Part shown: positions 38,572 to 48,395 of the stretch, one piece after another
Layout of the letters: the number at the start of each line of letters is the position of its first letter
How positions within the stretch are numbered: the stretch's first letter is position 1
Made by a program: the position numbers and the translations under genes
The notes under the pieces: generated by a model
The model's input: the letters and a program-made list of their open reading frames with translations, nothing else
Told to the model about the DNA's origin: nothing
Databases searched by the model: none
NCBI GenBank assembly: GCA_017625505.1
Contig: JAGAKV010000059.1
Location: 1-51,311, forward strand
Direction: 5' to 3'
Length of the DNA: 51,311 nt
Origin: Clostridia bacterium
GTDB lineage: Bacteria; Bacillota; Clostridia; Christensenellales; UBA1242

Positions 38572-41109
38572 ATGGAAAAAGACAAACTCTCTCTTGAAGA
38601 GAAACTCGCAAAAACAAAAGTTGAAAAAACTGACACAGTGGAAAACCTTAAAGACTCTTTCCTCTCTTACGCAATGGCAGTAAACATTTCTCGTGCTATT
38701 CCTGACGTACGTGACGGACTGAAACCAGTTCATCGAAGAATTCTTTTTGGAATGGGCGAGACAAACAACTTTTATGACAAGCATACAGTAAAATGCGCAC
38801 ACATTGTCGGTACTGTTATGGGCCGCTATCACCCACATGGTGACAGCTCAATCTACGACGCCCTTGCGCGTCTTGCACAAGACTTCTCAATCAGATATCC
38901 TCTCGTTTATGGTCAAGGAAACTTTGGTTCTATTGATGGAGATAGCCCTGCGGCTTATCGTTACACAGAAGCAAAACTTGAAAAAATCGCAGGACTGATG
39001 CTTGAAGATATTGATAAGCGCACTGTTGATTTTCAAGACACCTATGACGGAACAAGGCAAGAGCCTATGGTGCTTCCTGCAAAAATTCCAAACCTTCTTA
39101 TCAATGGCGCAGACGGTATTGCGGTTGGTATGGCAACAAACATCCCTCCACACAACCTTACTGAAGTGCTTACCGGCCTTCAAGCACTTATCGAGAATCC
39201 AGACATTGACATCGACGAGCTTATTAAAATTATTCCTGCACCAGATTACCCTACTGGCGGTATCATTATGGGCAGAACAGCAGTTAAACACGCTTACAAA
39301 ACAGGACGCGGCGGAATTGTAGTCCGTGGAAAAGCCGAAATTGAAGAGCTTTCAAACGGAAGAAGCCGCATTGTGATTACCGAAATTCCTTATCAAGTAA
39401 ACAAGTCAAACCTTGTTGTACAAATGGCAAACCTTGTAAAAGACAAGAGAATTGAGGGAATCAGCGATATTCGCGATGAATCTGACCGTAACGGAATCAG
39501 CATTGTCGTTGACATCAAAAAAGACTATAACGCACAAGTAGTTCTCAATGGACTTTATAAAAACACTCAACTTCAAAAGAGCGACGGAATTATTATGCTT
39601 GCCCTTGTTGGCAGACAACCAAGAATTCTAAACCTCAAAGAAATGCTCTACTACTATCTTGAACACCAAAGAGAAGTTCTTATTCGTAAAACTCAATTTG
39701 ACCTTGAAAAAGCAAAAGAAAGAGAACATATCGTCCGCGGGCTTGTAATTGCACTTGCAAATATTGATGAGGTAATTCAAATTATCAAAGGCGCAGACGA
39801 CCGCTCTGACGCACTTGTAAAACTTACTGCAAGATTTGAACTTGACGAGACTCAAGCAAACGCTATTCTTGAAATGAAGCTTTCAAAACTTACATCTTTG
39901 GAAGTTGAAAAACTCAATCAAGAACTCGCTGAAATCGACGCTCTTATCATTGACCTTGAAGAAATTCTTTCTACACCTGCCAGAGTCAATAAGATTCTCC
40001 ACGACGGCTTTGAAGAAATCAAAAATTCATTTGGCGACAACAGAAGAACTGAAATCAGTTTAGAGGCAGGCGGAATTGATATTGAAGACCTTATCCCTGT
40101 TGAAGATGTGATGATTTCAATGACTCACCAAGGATACATCAAGAGAATATCAACCAGCGAGTACAAAGCACAAAATCGCGGCGGCGTTGGTGTAACTGCA
40201 CATAAAACAAAAGATGAAGACTATGTAGAACAGATGTTTGTAACATCATCTCATGATGACCTTCTCTTCTTTACAACAAAAGGACGAGTTTACTGCATCA
40301 GAGCGTATGAAGTGCCTGAAGCACAACGCACAGCAAAAGGCCGCGCAATCATCAACCTTCTTATGCTTTCACCTGATGAGAAAGTTACAACCGTTATTCC
40401 TAGAAAGAAAGACGCGGAAGGCTTCCTCGTTATGGCAACTCGCAAAGGGCTTATTAAGAAAACAAGCCTTAAAGAATTTGAATCGATCAGAAAAGTTGGA
40501 AAGGTTGCAATTCACCTTCTTGACGACGATCAACTTATCGGCGTTGATCTTACCAACGGAGAAGAAGATATTATTGTTGCTTCTCACAGCGGAAAGACTA
40601 TTCGCTTTAATGAAAACGACGTGCGCAACATGGGTAGAGACAGCCAAGGCGTACGCAGCATGAAACTTGCTGAGGACGACTTTATCATTGATATGGTAGT
40701 CGCTAAGCCAGAATCTCAAATCATCACAATCTCTGCAAACGGCTATGCAAAACGCACCGATGTTGACGAGTTTAGACTTCAACAACGCGGCGGAATGGGC
40801 GTCAAGGCAGGTATATTCAACGAAAAAACAGGGTCTCTTGTAGCTCTTAGACAATCAACAACAGACAACGATATCATGCTTATCTCTGATGACGGCGTAA
40901 TCATTCGCATTTCGCTTGATCAAGTAAGCCACCTTTCAAGAGTAAGTCAAGGCGTAAAAGCCATGAAGCTTAAAAAAGGAAGCTTTATCGTTGGCGTTGC
41001 CGTTGTAGCAAAAGAGGAAGAAACAGCTGAAACAGAAGCGACCGAAAACACTGAAGAAACAACAGCCGAGGATTCAGCAAATACAGAAACTCCTACCAAC
41101 GAAAACTAA
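38572..41109 (+). CDS. gyrA: DNA gyrase subunit A
   Basis: PDVRDGLKPVHRR, HPHGDS, AAYRYTE, GyrA-box QNRGGVG, acidic tail. Confidence 0.97.
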   Translation: MEKDKLSLEEKLAKTKVEKTDTVENLKDSFLSYAMAVNISRAIPDVRDGLKPVHRRILFGMGETNNFYDKHTVKCAHIVGTVMGRYHPHGDSSIYDALARLAQDFSIRYPLVYGQGNFGSIDGDSPAAYRYTEAKLEKIAGLMLEDIDKRTVDFQDTYDGTRQEPMVLPAKIPNLLINGADGIAVGMATNIPPHNLTEVLTGLQALIENPDIDIDELIKIIPAPDYPTGGIIMGRTAVKHAYKTGRGGIVVRGKAEIEELSNGRSRIVITEIPYQVNKSNLVVQMANLVKDKRIEGISDIRDESDRNGISIVVDIKKDYNAQVVLNGLYKNTQLQKSDGIIMLALVGRQPRILNLKEMLYYYLEHQREVLIRKTQFDLEKAKEREHIVRGLVIALANIDEVIQIIKGADDRSDALVKLTARFELDETQANAILEMKLSKLTSLEVEKLNQELAEIDALIIDLEEILSTPARVNKILHDGFEEIKNSFGDNRRTEISLEAGGIDIEDLIPVEDVMISMTHQGYIKRISTSEYKAQNRGGVGVTAHKTKDEDYVEQMFVTSSHDDLLFFTTKGRVYCIRAYEVPEAQRTAKGRAIINLLMLSPDEKVTTVIPRKKDAEGFLVMATRKGLIKKTSLKEFESIRKVGKVAIHLLDDDQLIGVDLTNGEEDIIVASHSGKTIRFNENDVRNMGRDSQGVRSMKLAEDDFIIDMVVAKPESQIITISANGYAKRTDVDEFRLQQRGGMGVKAGIFNEKTGSLVALRQSTTDNDIMLISDDGVIIRISLDQVSHLSRVSQGVKAMKLKKGSFIVGVAVVAKEEETAETEATENTEETTAEDSANTETPTNEN

Positions 41110-41164
41110 TGTTACTCAAGCAATCAACCCCAAATAAATCAGTTTTAAACTGATGGAGGCAAAC

Positions 41165-43231
41165 ATGATAGACAACGAACAATTATATTTTGCTAAAACA
41201 AAACAAATTATTGCAAACAATATCGAGCAAAACAAACTTGAAAAAGCGCAAGTCGACAGCAAACTCACCCTTGAGAAAAAGGCTTTGGCAGAAAACTATC
41301 GTGAAGTGTCAAAAGGCGACGACCTTGCAAACACTTTTGAAGTTTTAGGATCGCTGCAGGAACGCTCTTTTGGCCTAGATCACGAAGAGCGAATACTTCA
41401 CCTGCAAGCAAAAAATCCATACTTTGCTCGCATTGACTTCAAACCAGAAGGAAAAGAAAAAGAATCATCAATCTACATCGGGCTAGGCTCAGTGATTGAC
41501 GACAACAAAAAAATTCGTGTTGCAGACTGGCGTGCGCCAGTGTGCAGCATGTATTATGACTATAATCTCGGCCCCGCCAAATTCAAAAACGGAAGCGAAA
41601 TTTTTAAGGGAGAAATGACACTTAAAAGACAATACAAAATTGAAAATGGCGAGCTTATTTCCTACTTCAACACAGATATGACAATCAATGATGAAATTTT
41701 GCAAGAGATTTTATCTAAAAATGTTTCAATCAAAATGAAGCAAATTGTCTCTTCTATTCAAAAAGAGCAGAACGCAATCGTACGAAATGATCGCACTGAA
41801 AATATGCTGGTACAAGGAATTGCCGGAAGCGGAAAAACCTCTATTGCCCTGCACAGAGCCGCTTACCTTCTTTATAGTCATAGAAAACTTATCAAATCAA
41901 ACGATATTTGCATTATTTCTCCAAACAACGTCTTCTCAAGTTATATTTCAGAGGTTCTTCCTCAACTTGGCGAGGACAACTTGGCAGAAACAACACTTGA
42001 ACGTATTGTTAAAAGCGAGCTGAAACGCCCTGTACAGCCACGAGAGGATATGCTTGACGAGATCGCATCAAATCCAAAGCAAGAGACTCTCAACGAGATT
42101 TCGTATAAATCCTCATATGAATATCTTGACGGACTGCTTCGCTTCCTAAAAGGGCCATTCCTCGAAACCTTTCAGCCTAAAGATTTAAGCTTTGTTGTTG
42201 CTGAAGATATGGACGGCAACAAACAAACCATCAACTTCCCTGCAGAACAAACAAAAGAACTTTTCTTTAAAGCACATAAGGGGCTTGACCTGCATGAGAG
42301 AATCAATAAAATCGCTTGGCAGTATGCTATGTACTTTACCGAAAAAAGACATTACTCAAAAGAACAGAACAACGGTCTTAAAGCTAGATTTAAGCGCATG
42401 CTTTACAACTTCTTGCCTATCAAAGAGGTTGAAAAGGTATACAAAATCTTTATGGCACGTGAAGGGCTCAAACCTCACGAAGGCAAAGAGATTAAGTATA
42501 TGGACAAAGGCACCTATCTTGCAATAAAGCATTATATTTATGGCTTTGATCACGACTTCTCTGCAAAATACCTTATTATTGATGAAATGCAAGACTTCAC
42601 CCCTGTTGACATTTACGTCTTCAAAAAGATTTGGTCTTGCCCTATGATTGTGGTAGGCGACGTTCATCAATGCATTGAAAAAAGCGTTACTGATGAATAT
42701 TTACACCTGACGGCTGACTTTCTCGGCTGCAAGCTTCTTGAACTTAATAAAACATACCGTTCTACAAAAGAAATTGCACTTTACGCAAACAGACTTGTTG
42801 GTCTTGAAGATATTGAGTTTGTAAACAGAAGCGGCGGAGAACCTATTGTAATTCAAACAGAAAATCAAGCCGCAGCAATCAAGAACTATATTGACACAGA
42901 ATGCAGTGGGCACGAGCACATTGCAATTATATGCAAATGCAAAAGAGAAGCAAAAGAAGTTTATGCTGCCCTTAAAAAACTTATGGACTGCCGCATCTTG
43001 ACAGAACCAGAAGATTATCAAGAGCGCGTTTTAGTCACAACCTGCGCAACAGCAAAAGGAATTGAATTTGACGCAGTAATCATTCCAAATGCAGACAGCG
43101 AAAACTATAAAAACACAATTGACAAAAACATTGTATACGTTTCGGCAACACGAGCGCTGCACAAATTGTGCTTCATAACCGAAAAACAACCTAGCATTTT
43201 CACCAATTCACTTAAAATAATGACATACTAA
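41165..43231 (+). CDS. helD: HelD-family RNA polymerase recycling ATPase (SF1 helicase-like)
   Basis: PYFARIDF, DWRAP, QGIAGSGKTSIALHR, DEMQD, YRST, KGIEFD, TRALH; start at ATG 41165 after GGAGG. Confidence 0.85.
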   Translation: MIDNEQLYFAKTKQIIANNIEQNKLEKAQVDSKLTLEKKALAENYREVSKGDDLANTFEVLGSLQERSFGLDHEERILHLQAKNPYFARIDFKPEGKEKESSIYIGLGSVIDDNKKIRVADWRAPVCSMYYDYNLGPAKFKNGSEIFKGEMTLKRQYKIENGELISYFNTDMTINDEILQEILSKNVSIKMKQIVSSIQKEQNAIVRNDRTENMLVQGIAGSGKTSIALHRAAYLLYSHRKLIKSNDICIISPNNVFSSYISEVLPQLGEDNLAETTLERIVKSELKRPVQPREDMLDEIASNPKQETLNEISYKSSYEYLDGLLRFLKGPFLETFQPKDLSFVVAEDMDGNKQTINFPAEQTKELFFKAHKGLDLHERINKIAWQYAMYFTEKRHYSKEQNNGLKARFKRMLYNFLPIKEVEKVYKIFMAREGLKPHEGKEIKYMDKGTYLAIKHYIYGFDHDFSAKYLIIDEMQDFTPVDIYVFKKIWSCPMIVVGDVHQCIEKSVTDEYLHLTADFLGCKLLELNKTYRSTKEIALYANRLVGLEDIEFVNRSGGEPIVIQTENQAAAIKNYIDTECSGHEHIAIICKCKREAKEVYAALKKLMDCRILTEPEDYQERVLVTTCATAKGIEFDAVIIPNADSENYKNTIDKNIVYVSATRALHKLCFITEKQPSIFTNSLKIMTY

Positions 43232-43342
43232 AGCAATATAAAAGGTATAAAATAAGAAAACTAAAATTTTTACATTATTTTACAAAAATAAAAATTTTAA
43301 AGTTTTTTAAAAAATTTGTTAAAATTGCTTGACTTTTTAATT

Positions 43343-43462
43343 TTTACGTGTGGAAATGTGGATAACTTGGTGGAAAAGCGCAAAAAAGCCGTCATTTTTC
43401 AACAATTTGCATAAAAATGAGCAGTTTTGTATAAATATTTACGTGTGGAAATGTGGATAACT
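43343..43462. promoter_or_regulatory. DnaA-box cluster containing a 25-bp direct repeat
   Basis: Perfect TGTGGATAA at 43357 and 43452, several one-mismatch boxes; TTTACGTGTGGAAATGTGGATAACT at 43343 and 43438. Confidence 0.8.
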
Positions 43463-43592
43463 CTTATGGTTTTTGTAAAATCTTTTTTCTGCATTTCCTT
43501 GTAATTCAATGCAATACTTATGAAAATATACATAACATCAACTTTTCAAAAATCAAGTTATGGTTTAAATTTATAAAACAAAAGGAGTAATT

Positions 43593-44906
43593 ATGAGTAC
43601 AACAAAACTTATTTCACCGCGAAAATTAGCGGGTTTTTGGGAACTCCCTCCAGAAAAACAAATTCTCTTTGAAGAAATGCAAGAAAAAATCAAAAAGGTT
43701 TTCGCCCAAAATTGCTACTCACCTCTTGACACCCCTGTTTTAGAGCTTGCTGAAATTCTGCTTGCAAAGTCAAGCGGCGAAATGGATAAAGAGGTTTATG
43801 CATTCACCAAAGGCGATACAGCGATGTGTATGAGATATGATCTCACTGTCCCTCTTGCCCGCTTTGTGGCAGCCAACGCAAACACTCTTGAATTTCCATT
43901 CAAAAGATATCAAATCGGCAAAAACTACCGCGGAGAAAGACCTCAAAAAGGCAGATGGAGAGAATTTTATCAATGTGATGCCGACGTAATCGGCAGCGAA
44001 GCTCTTTCACTTGTTGCTGACGCAGAATGTGTAAAGCTGTTTATAGAATGTTTTGACGCCCTTGGATATACCTCGATCACAGAAATTTCAAACAGAAACC
44101 TCTTGTTTGGACTTATTGATGACTGCGGCGATAACGCAAATGCCGAAGCAATCATCATCCTTCTTGATAAGTTTGACAAAATCGGCAAGGACAACATCAA
44201 ACTATCCCTTAAAGACTTGGGGGTAAGTGAAGAAAACTGCGAAAAATATATCAGCGCAGTTTCTGTGAAAGGAAATTTTGAAGAATTTAAAACTGCCCTT
44301 TCAAAAATTTCAAACAACGAAATCTTCTTAAAAGCACTCACAGAACTTGAAGAGGTTGAAAGTTATTTGACAGCGTTTGGCTGCGATAAAAACAGATACA
44401 CATTCAACGCTGGAATTATTCGCGGACACAACTACTACACCGGCACCGTTTTTGAAACCTTCCTTGAGGGACACAGAGAATTTGGCGCACTTGGCGCAGG
44501 CGGAAGATATGAAAACCTCGCAGGATATTTTACCGAAAAGAAACTTCCTGGCGTCGGAATGAGCATCGGCCTTACACGCCTTTTTGATGTATTTGACCAA
44601 AACGGACTACTCCCTGAAGTCAAAAAATCAAACATCGACCTGTTTATCATTCCTCTTGGCGACTATACAGCAAAATGCGTTGAACTTTGCTCTTTCTTTA
44701 GACAAAACGGCATTAAAGCTGAAGTTGCATACGACAACAAATCCTTTAAAAACAAAATGAAAGAGGCAAATCGTAGACAGGTGCCTTATGTTATGATTGT
44801 AGGCGAAAATGAGGCTAACAGTGGCCTTTACGTCTTAAAAAACATGACAAGCGGCGATCAATCAACCCTTTCAAAAGAAGACTGCTTGAAAGCAATTAAA
44901 TTATAA
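43593..44906 (+). CDS. hisS: Histidine--tRNA ligase
   Basis: RYDLTVPLAR, YRGERPQKGRWREFYQCDAD, RGHNYYTG, GGRYENL, GMSIG. Confidence 0.97.
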   Translation: MSTTKLISPRKLAGFWELPPEKQILFEEMQEKIKKVFAQNCYSPLDTPVLELAEILLAKSSGEMDKEVYAFTKGDTAMCMRYDLTVPLARFVAANANTLEFPFKRYQIGKNYRGERPQKGRWREFYQCDADVIGSEALSLVADAECVKLFIECFDALGYTSITEISNRNLLFGLIDDCGDNANAEAIIILLDKFDKIGKDNIKLSLKDLGVSEENCEKYISAVSVKGNFEEFKTALSKISNNEIFLKALTELEEVESYLTAFGCDKNRYTFNAGIIRGHNYYTGTVFETFLEGHREFGALGAGGRYENLAGYFTEKKLPGVGMSIGLTRLFDVFDQNGLLPEVKKSNIDLFIIPLGDYTAKCVELCSFFRQNGIKAEVAYDNKSFKNKMKEANRRQVPYVMIVGENEANSGLYVLKNMTSGDQSTLSKEDCLKAIKL

Positions 44907-44910
44907 AAAC

Positions 44911-44941
44911 AAAAAAGAGCAACAAAATTTGCTCTTTTTTT
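44911..44941. terminator. Bidirectional terminator
   Basis: AAAAAAGAGCAA...TTGCTCTTTTTT between hisS and the convergent orphan operon. Confidence 0.8.
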
Positions 44942-45512
44942 ATAAACTATCTTCTTTAGTTTCGTCTTCTTTAAAGTTTTGAATTGTAACTTGTTTTTCC
45001 CTAAATTCTGGGAAAGTTTTTCTCATAAAATCAAGGTAGATGTTTTTCACTATCTCCTCTGGAAATTCAGACTCTGAGTTATAATCGGCAAAATAAGGAG
45101 ACACACAATCATTGTCTGTTAAATAAAACTGTTTAACCTTTAATCCTGAAGAATCCGATCTAGATAATTTTAAGGTTGCCCAATTGGGATAACAAAACTT
45201 GTAATAAACCAAAATAGGTTTTCCATTGTCAGTTGTACCGAACGCAGATTTAAATCTTTCTATCAAAAGCCCTTCCAACCCCAAATCGTGCATTTTGGCA
45301 AGCAGAGAAGGATACTGGTTTTGTATAAATTCTATTACTTTCTTTTTTTCCTCTGGCGAATTATCGGAATTTAGCACAATGTTTTTCAAAAGCGGTTTAT
45401 AAATACAACATGTATTTGCATCCAAAGAATAAATTTTTGATATGTCTTTTTTTATGGAATCAATAAGTTTCCTATCGCTTTTAGCAACAAACTCTTCGAG
45501 AATCGATGACAT
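44940..45512 (-). CDS. Hypothetical protein (190 aa), acidic tail KEDETKEDSL
   Basis: ORF with AAGGAGG SD; no known motif. Confidence 0.8.
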   Translation of the reverse strand: MSSILEEFVAKSDRKLIDSIKKDISKIYSLDANTCCIYKPLLKNIVLNSDNSPEEKKKVIEFIQNQYPSLLAKMHDLGLEGLLIERFKSAFGTTDNGKPILVYYKFCYPNWATLKLSRSDSSGLKVKQFYLTDNDCVSPYFADYNSESEFPEEIVKNIYLDFMRKTFPEFREKQVTIQNFKEDETKEDSL

Positions 45513-45523
45513 ATTGCCTCCTT

Positions 45524-45922
45524 TTATAACTCCTTTTCTTCGGCTTCGCTGTCGCCGATAGGTTGTTGATTTTTATTTCCTTCTGAGTCAGCCAACATCT
45601 TCAATCGTTGTTCCAGATCTTCCTTTCCCTTGATCTTTAAAAAATATTGTGTATATTTATTTCCTTTAACGAAATCTGCAATGTCTTTATAATACCGAGT
45701 ATATGTTTCAGGCTTAATTTCTTTATCCATTCTAAACGAACCATATGCTTTAAGATTAAATTCATCTTCGAAATCTTTAAAAATTGATAATACAAGCTTT
45801 GTAGCCAAAATTGCATCCTTCTTTTCCGCAAAATCTCCTAACCAATAATCAGGACACTCTCCGTTTTTCAAAACAACAAAAATTGTTGGTCTATATAATA
45901 TATTGCAAACCATTTTTCCCAT
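45524..45922 (-). CDS. Hypothetical protein (132 aa), tail IGDSEAEEKEL
   Basis: ORF with AAGGAG SD; no known motif. Confidence 0.8.
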   Translation of the reverse strand: MGKMVCNILYRPTIFVVLKNGECPDYWLGDFAEKKDAILATKLVLSIFKDFEDEFNLKAYGSFRMDKEIKPETYTRYYKDIADFVKGNKYTQYFLKIKGKEDLEQRLKMLADSEGNKNQQPIGDSEAEEKEL

Positions 45923-45933
45923 AATTACTCCTT

Positions 45934-46344
45934 TTATAATTCCTTTTCTTCATCTTCGTCGCTGTCGCCAATGTTTTGGGTTGTTTGCAAAATATAATCT
46001 TCTTTCTTCGCAACTATGAATTTGCATTGATTTAAATCTTTTTCACTACAAGTATTCCAAAGTTTAGCATAATCGTTTTTTAGACTCTTTGGTAAATTTA
46101 TATATACATAGTCCACCCAAAGCATTGATTCTTTAACGTTTGATTTGCGATTATCTAAAGTGTAAGAACAATCATCAAATTTAACAGATGTAATAGAGTC
46201 ATAATGTCCGCCATTATAATCTGTATAATATACCGCTATATGTTTAAGTTCTTTTTCTACTTTAGGCTTATCTGTTCTTCCTGTTAATCTGTTTGCAAAG
46301 CTGATTATGGTTTCTTCAGACAGTTGAGATATAAATTTTATCAT
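45934..46344 (-). CDS. Hypothetical protein (136 aa), tail IGDSDEDEEKEL
   Basis: Start moved to ATG 46344 after GAGGAG; no known motif. Confidence 0.8.
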   Translation of the reverse strand: MIKFISQLSEETIISFANRLTGRTDKPKVEKELKHIAVYYTDYNGGHYDSITSVKFDDCSYTLDNRKSNVKESMLWVDYVYINLPKSLKNDYAKLWNTCSEKDLNQCKFIVAKKEDYILQTTQNIGDSDEDEEKEL

Positions 46345-46366
46345 AATTACTCCTCTATTCACCACT

Positions 46367-46395
46367 ATAATACCACGCTTTACTATAAATTTCAA
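46367..46395 (-). promoter_or_regulatory. SigA-type promoter of the three-gene orphan operon
   Basis: TTGAAA-17 nt-TATTAT with extended TG. Confidence 0.65.
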
Positions 46396-46436
46396 TACTA
46401 TATCTACAAAAAATTGGTTATTCTTTGATGTATAAC

Positions 46437-46465
46437 TTGTCAGATGGAAATTTTTAGGCTATAAT
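46437..46465 (+). promoter_or_regulatory. SigA-type promoter for uvrC (leaderless spacing)
   Basis: TTGTCA-17 nt-TATAAT, ATG 6 nt downstream, no SD. Confidence 0.7.
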
Positions 46466-46471
46466 AAAGTT

Positions 46472-48307
46472 ATGAACGAAAGAATCAAAGAAAGGCTTTC
46501 CACCCTTACAACAAAACCGGGTGTATATGTTATGCGCGACAGCGATGGTGTTGTGATTTATGTTGGAAAGGCGAAAAACTTAAAAAACAGGGTTAGTCAA
46601 TATTTCAGAAACTCACCAAAGCCAAGCAAAGTGCAGGCTATGGTGGACAATGTTGACATTTTTGACTATTTCATCACAATGAGCGAAATGGACGCACTTG
46701 CACTTGAAAGCAACCTTATCAAAAAGTATCAACCTTTTTATAACATTCTTCTCAAAGACGGCAAGCAGTTTCCTTACATCAAAATCAACCTAAAAGAGCC
46801 CTTTCCAAAATTTGAGATTGTGCGAAAGGTTAAAAAAGACGGAGCAAAATACTTTGGACCATATTTTGCCGGACTTGATGCGCGCGAAATTTTAAACACA
46901 ATCAATGCAGCATTTACGATTCGCACCTGCTCACAAAAAATAACCAACTCATCAATTGCAAAACGGGAGTGCTTGAATTATAGTTTAGGCCTTTGCAGCG
47001 CCCCCTGCACCAAGAAAGTGTCGCGAGAAGAATATTTGGAAGAGATCGACCGCGCAATCAACTTTTTAAGTGGAAATGATGATGAAATTGAGCATATTTT
47101 GCAAGAAAAAATGCAAAAAGCAAGCGAAAACGAAAACTTTGAAAGCGCAATCATTTTACGAGAGCGCCTGAAAATGATTGACAAGCTTAAGCAGCGCATT
47201 GTTGCAAACCTGCCTAAAGATATTTCAAAAGACGTTATCGCCTATGAGACCGACGGACTTTCAGGAGTTATCACACATATGGTAGTAAGAGGTGGAAAGA
47301 TTTTGGGAATAATCTCCTACCCTTATAGTGATGCAGAACTTGAAGAAGGACAAACCCTTTTCAACTTCATTTGTCAATACTATCAAAATATGATTTTGCC
47401 AAACGAGATAATTCTCTCGCACGAGGTTGACAGCGAGCTGCTTTGCGAATTTTTTGGAAAGAAAATCAATTTCATCTCAAACCCTTATGCTATCAACAAA
47501 AAGTTGCTTGAAATGGCGCAAGAAAACGCCAAAGAATATCTCGAAAAACATATTGAAAAGGATAAAATCAAATACAACAATACCCTGGGCGCAGTAAAAA
47601 ATTTAAAAGAAAAGTTGAATCTTCCAAGGTTGCCAAGCAGAATGGAGTGTTATGACATCTCCAACATCAGCGGAACAAACAAAGTTTGCTCTATGGTTGT
47701 GTTTAAAAATGGTGAGCCAAGCAAGAAAGACTATCGCAAGTTTAAAATTAAAACCGTAAAAGGTTCAAACGACTTTGCCTCACTTAAAGAAGCCCTTACA
47801 AGACGATTAGAACGCCTCAAAGAAGGCAAACTCGACTCTTTCAAGGAAACACCCGACTTGATCGTTATTGACGGAGGAAAGGGGCAATTATCGTCAACCT
47901 TTGAAATTTTAAGTGACGAAGGTTTTGCGCAAAACATTCCTATGATTTCTCTTGCAAAAAGAATTGAAGAGGTATTTGTTCCCGGCAGCAGCATTCCAAT
48001 CCTATTAAAACCGCACTCGGCCGAGCTTAAGCTTTTGCAGCGAATTCGAGATGAAGCACACCGCTTTGCAATCACATATCACCGCCGCTTACGCACCAAC
48101 AAGCAAACAGCATCTGTTCTTGATAAGATTGCCGGAATCGGCCCCAAGAAAAGAGATGCGCTTCTCAAGGTGTTTGGCACAAGCGAGGAAGTGGCTAAAG
48201 CCGACCAAGCACTACTTGAAACAGTTGAAGGCATCAATCCTGCTCTTGCCAGCGCAATTGTCAAATATTTTACAGACAATCCGATTGAATACAAACCGGA
48301 AGAGTAA
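46472..48307 (+). CDS. uvrC: Excinuclease ABC subunit C
   Basis: GIY-YIG (PGVY...IYVGKAKNLKNRV), UVR domain, ECYDISN, IDGGKGQ, RDEAHRFA, HhH. Confidence 0.98.
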   Translation: MNERIKERLSTLTTKPGVYVMRDSDGVVIYVGKAKNLKNRVSQYFRNSPKPSKVQAMVDNVDIFDYFITMSEMDALALESNLIKKYQPFYNILLKDGKQFPYIKINLKEPFPKFEIVRKVKKDGAKYFGPYFAGLDAREILNTINAAFTIRTCSQKITNSSIAKRECLNYSLGLCSAPCTKKVSREEYLEEIDRAINFLSGNDDEIEHILQEKMQKASENENFESAIILRERLKMIDKLKQRIVANLPKDISKDVIAYETDGLSGVITHMVVRGGKILGIISYPYSDAELEEGQTLFNFICQYYQNMILPNEIILSHEVDSELLCEFFGKKINFISNPYAINKKLLEMAQENAKEYLEKHIEKDKIKYNNTLGAVKNLKEKLNLPRLPSRMECYDISNISGTNKVCSMVVFKNGEPSKKDYRKFKIKTVKGSNDFASLKEALTRRLERLKEGKLDSFKETPDLIVIDGGKGQLSSTFEILSDEGFAQNIPMISLAKRIEEVFVPGSSIPILLKPHSAELKLLQRIRDEAHRFAITYHRRLRTNKQTASVLDKIAGIGPKKRDALLKVFGTSEEVAKADQALLETVEGINPALASAIVKYFTDNPIEYKPEE

Positions 48308-48395
48308 GTAGCATTTTCTTAAAACAAATCATAAAAATATTTGGTTAAAAGCAAGTTTTTTGCTATACTAAAAAGCAGGAGGATACAAAAATTAT

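Noticed and set aside
43343-43462. 25-bp direct repeat as mini-CRISPR or att pair
   Set aside because: Only two copies, each consisting of DnaA boxes; no integrase or cas.
44940-46344. Integron cassettes, or EKEL as a eukaryotic KDEL mimic
   Set aside because: 11-nt gaps leave no room for attC hairpins and there is no integrase; EKEL similarity alone is not evidence.
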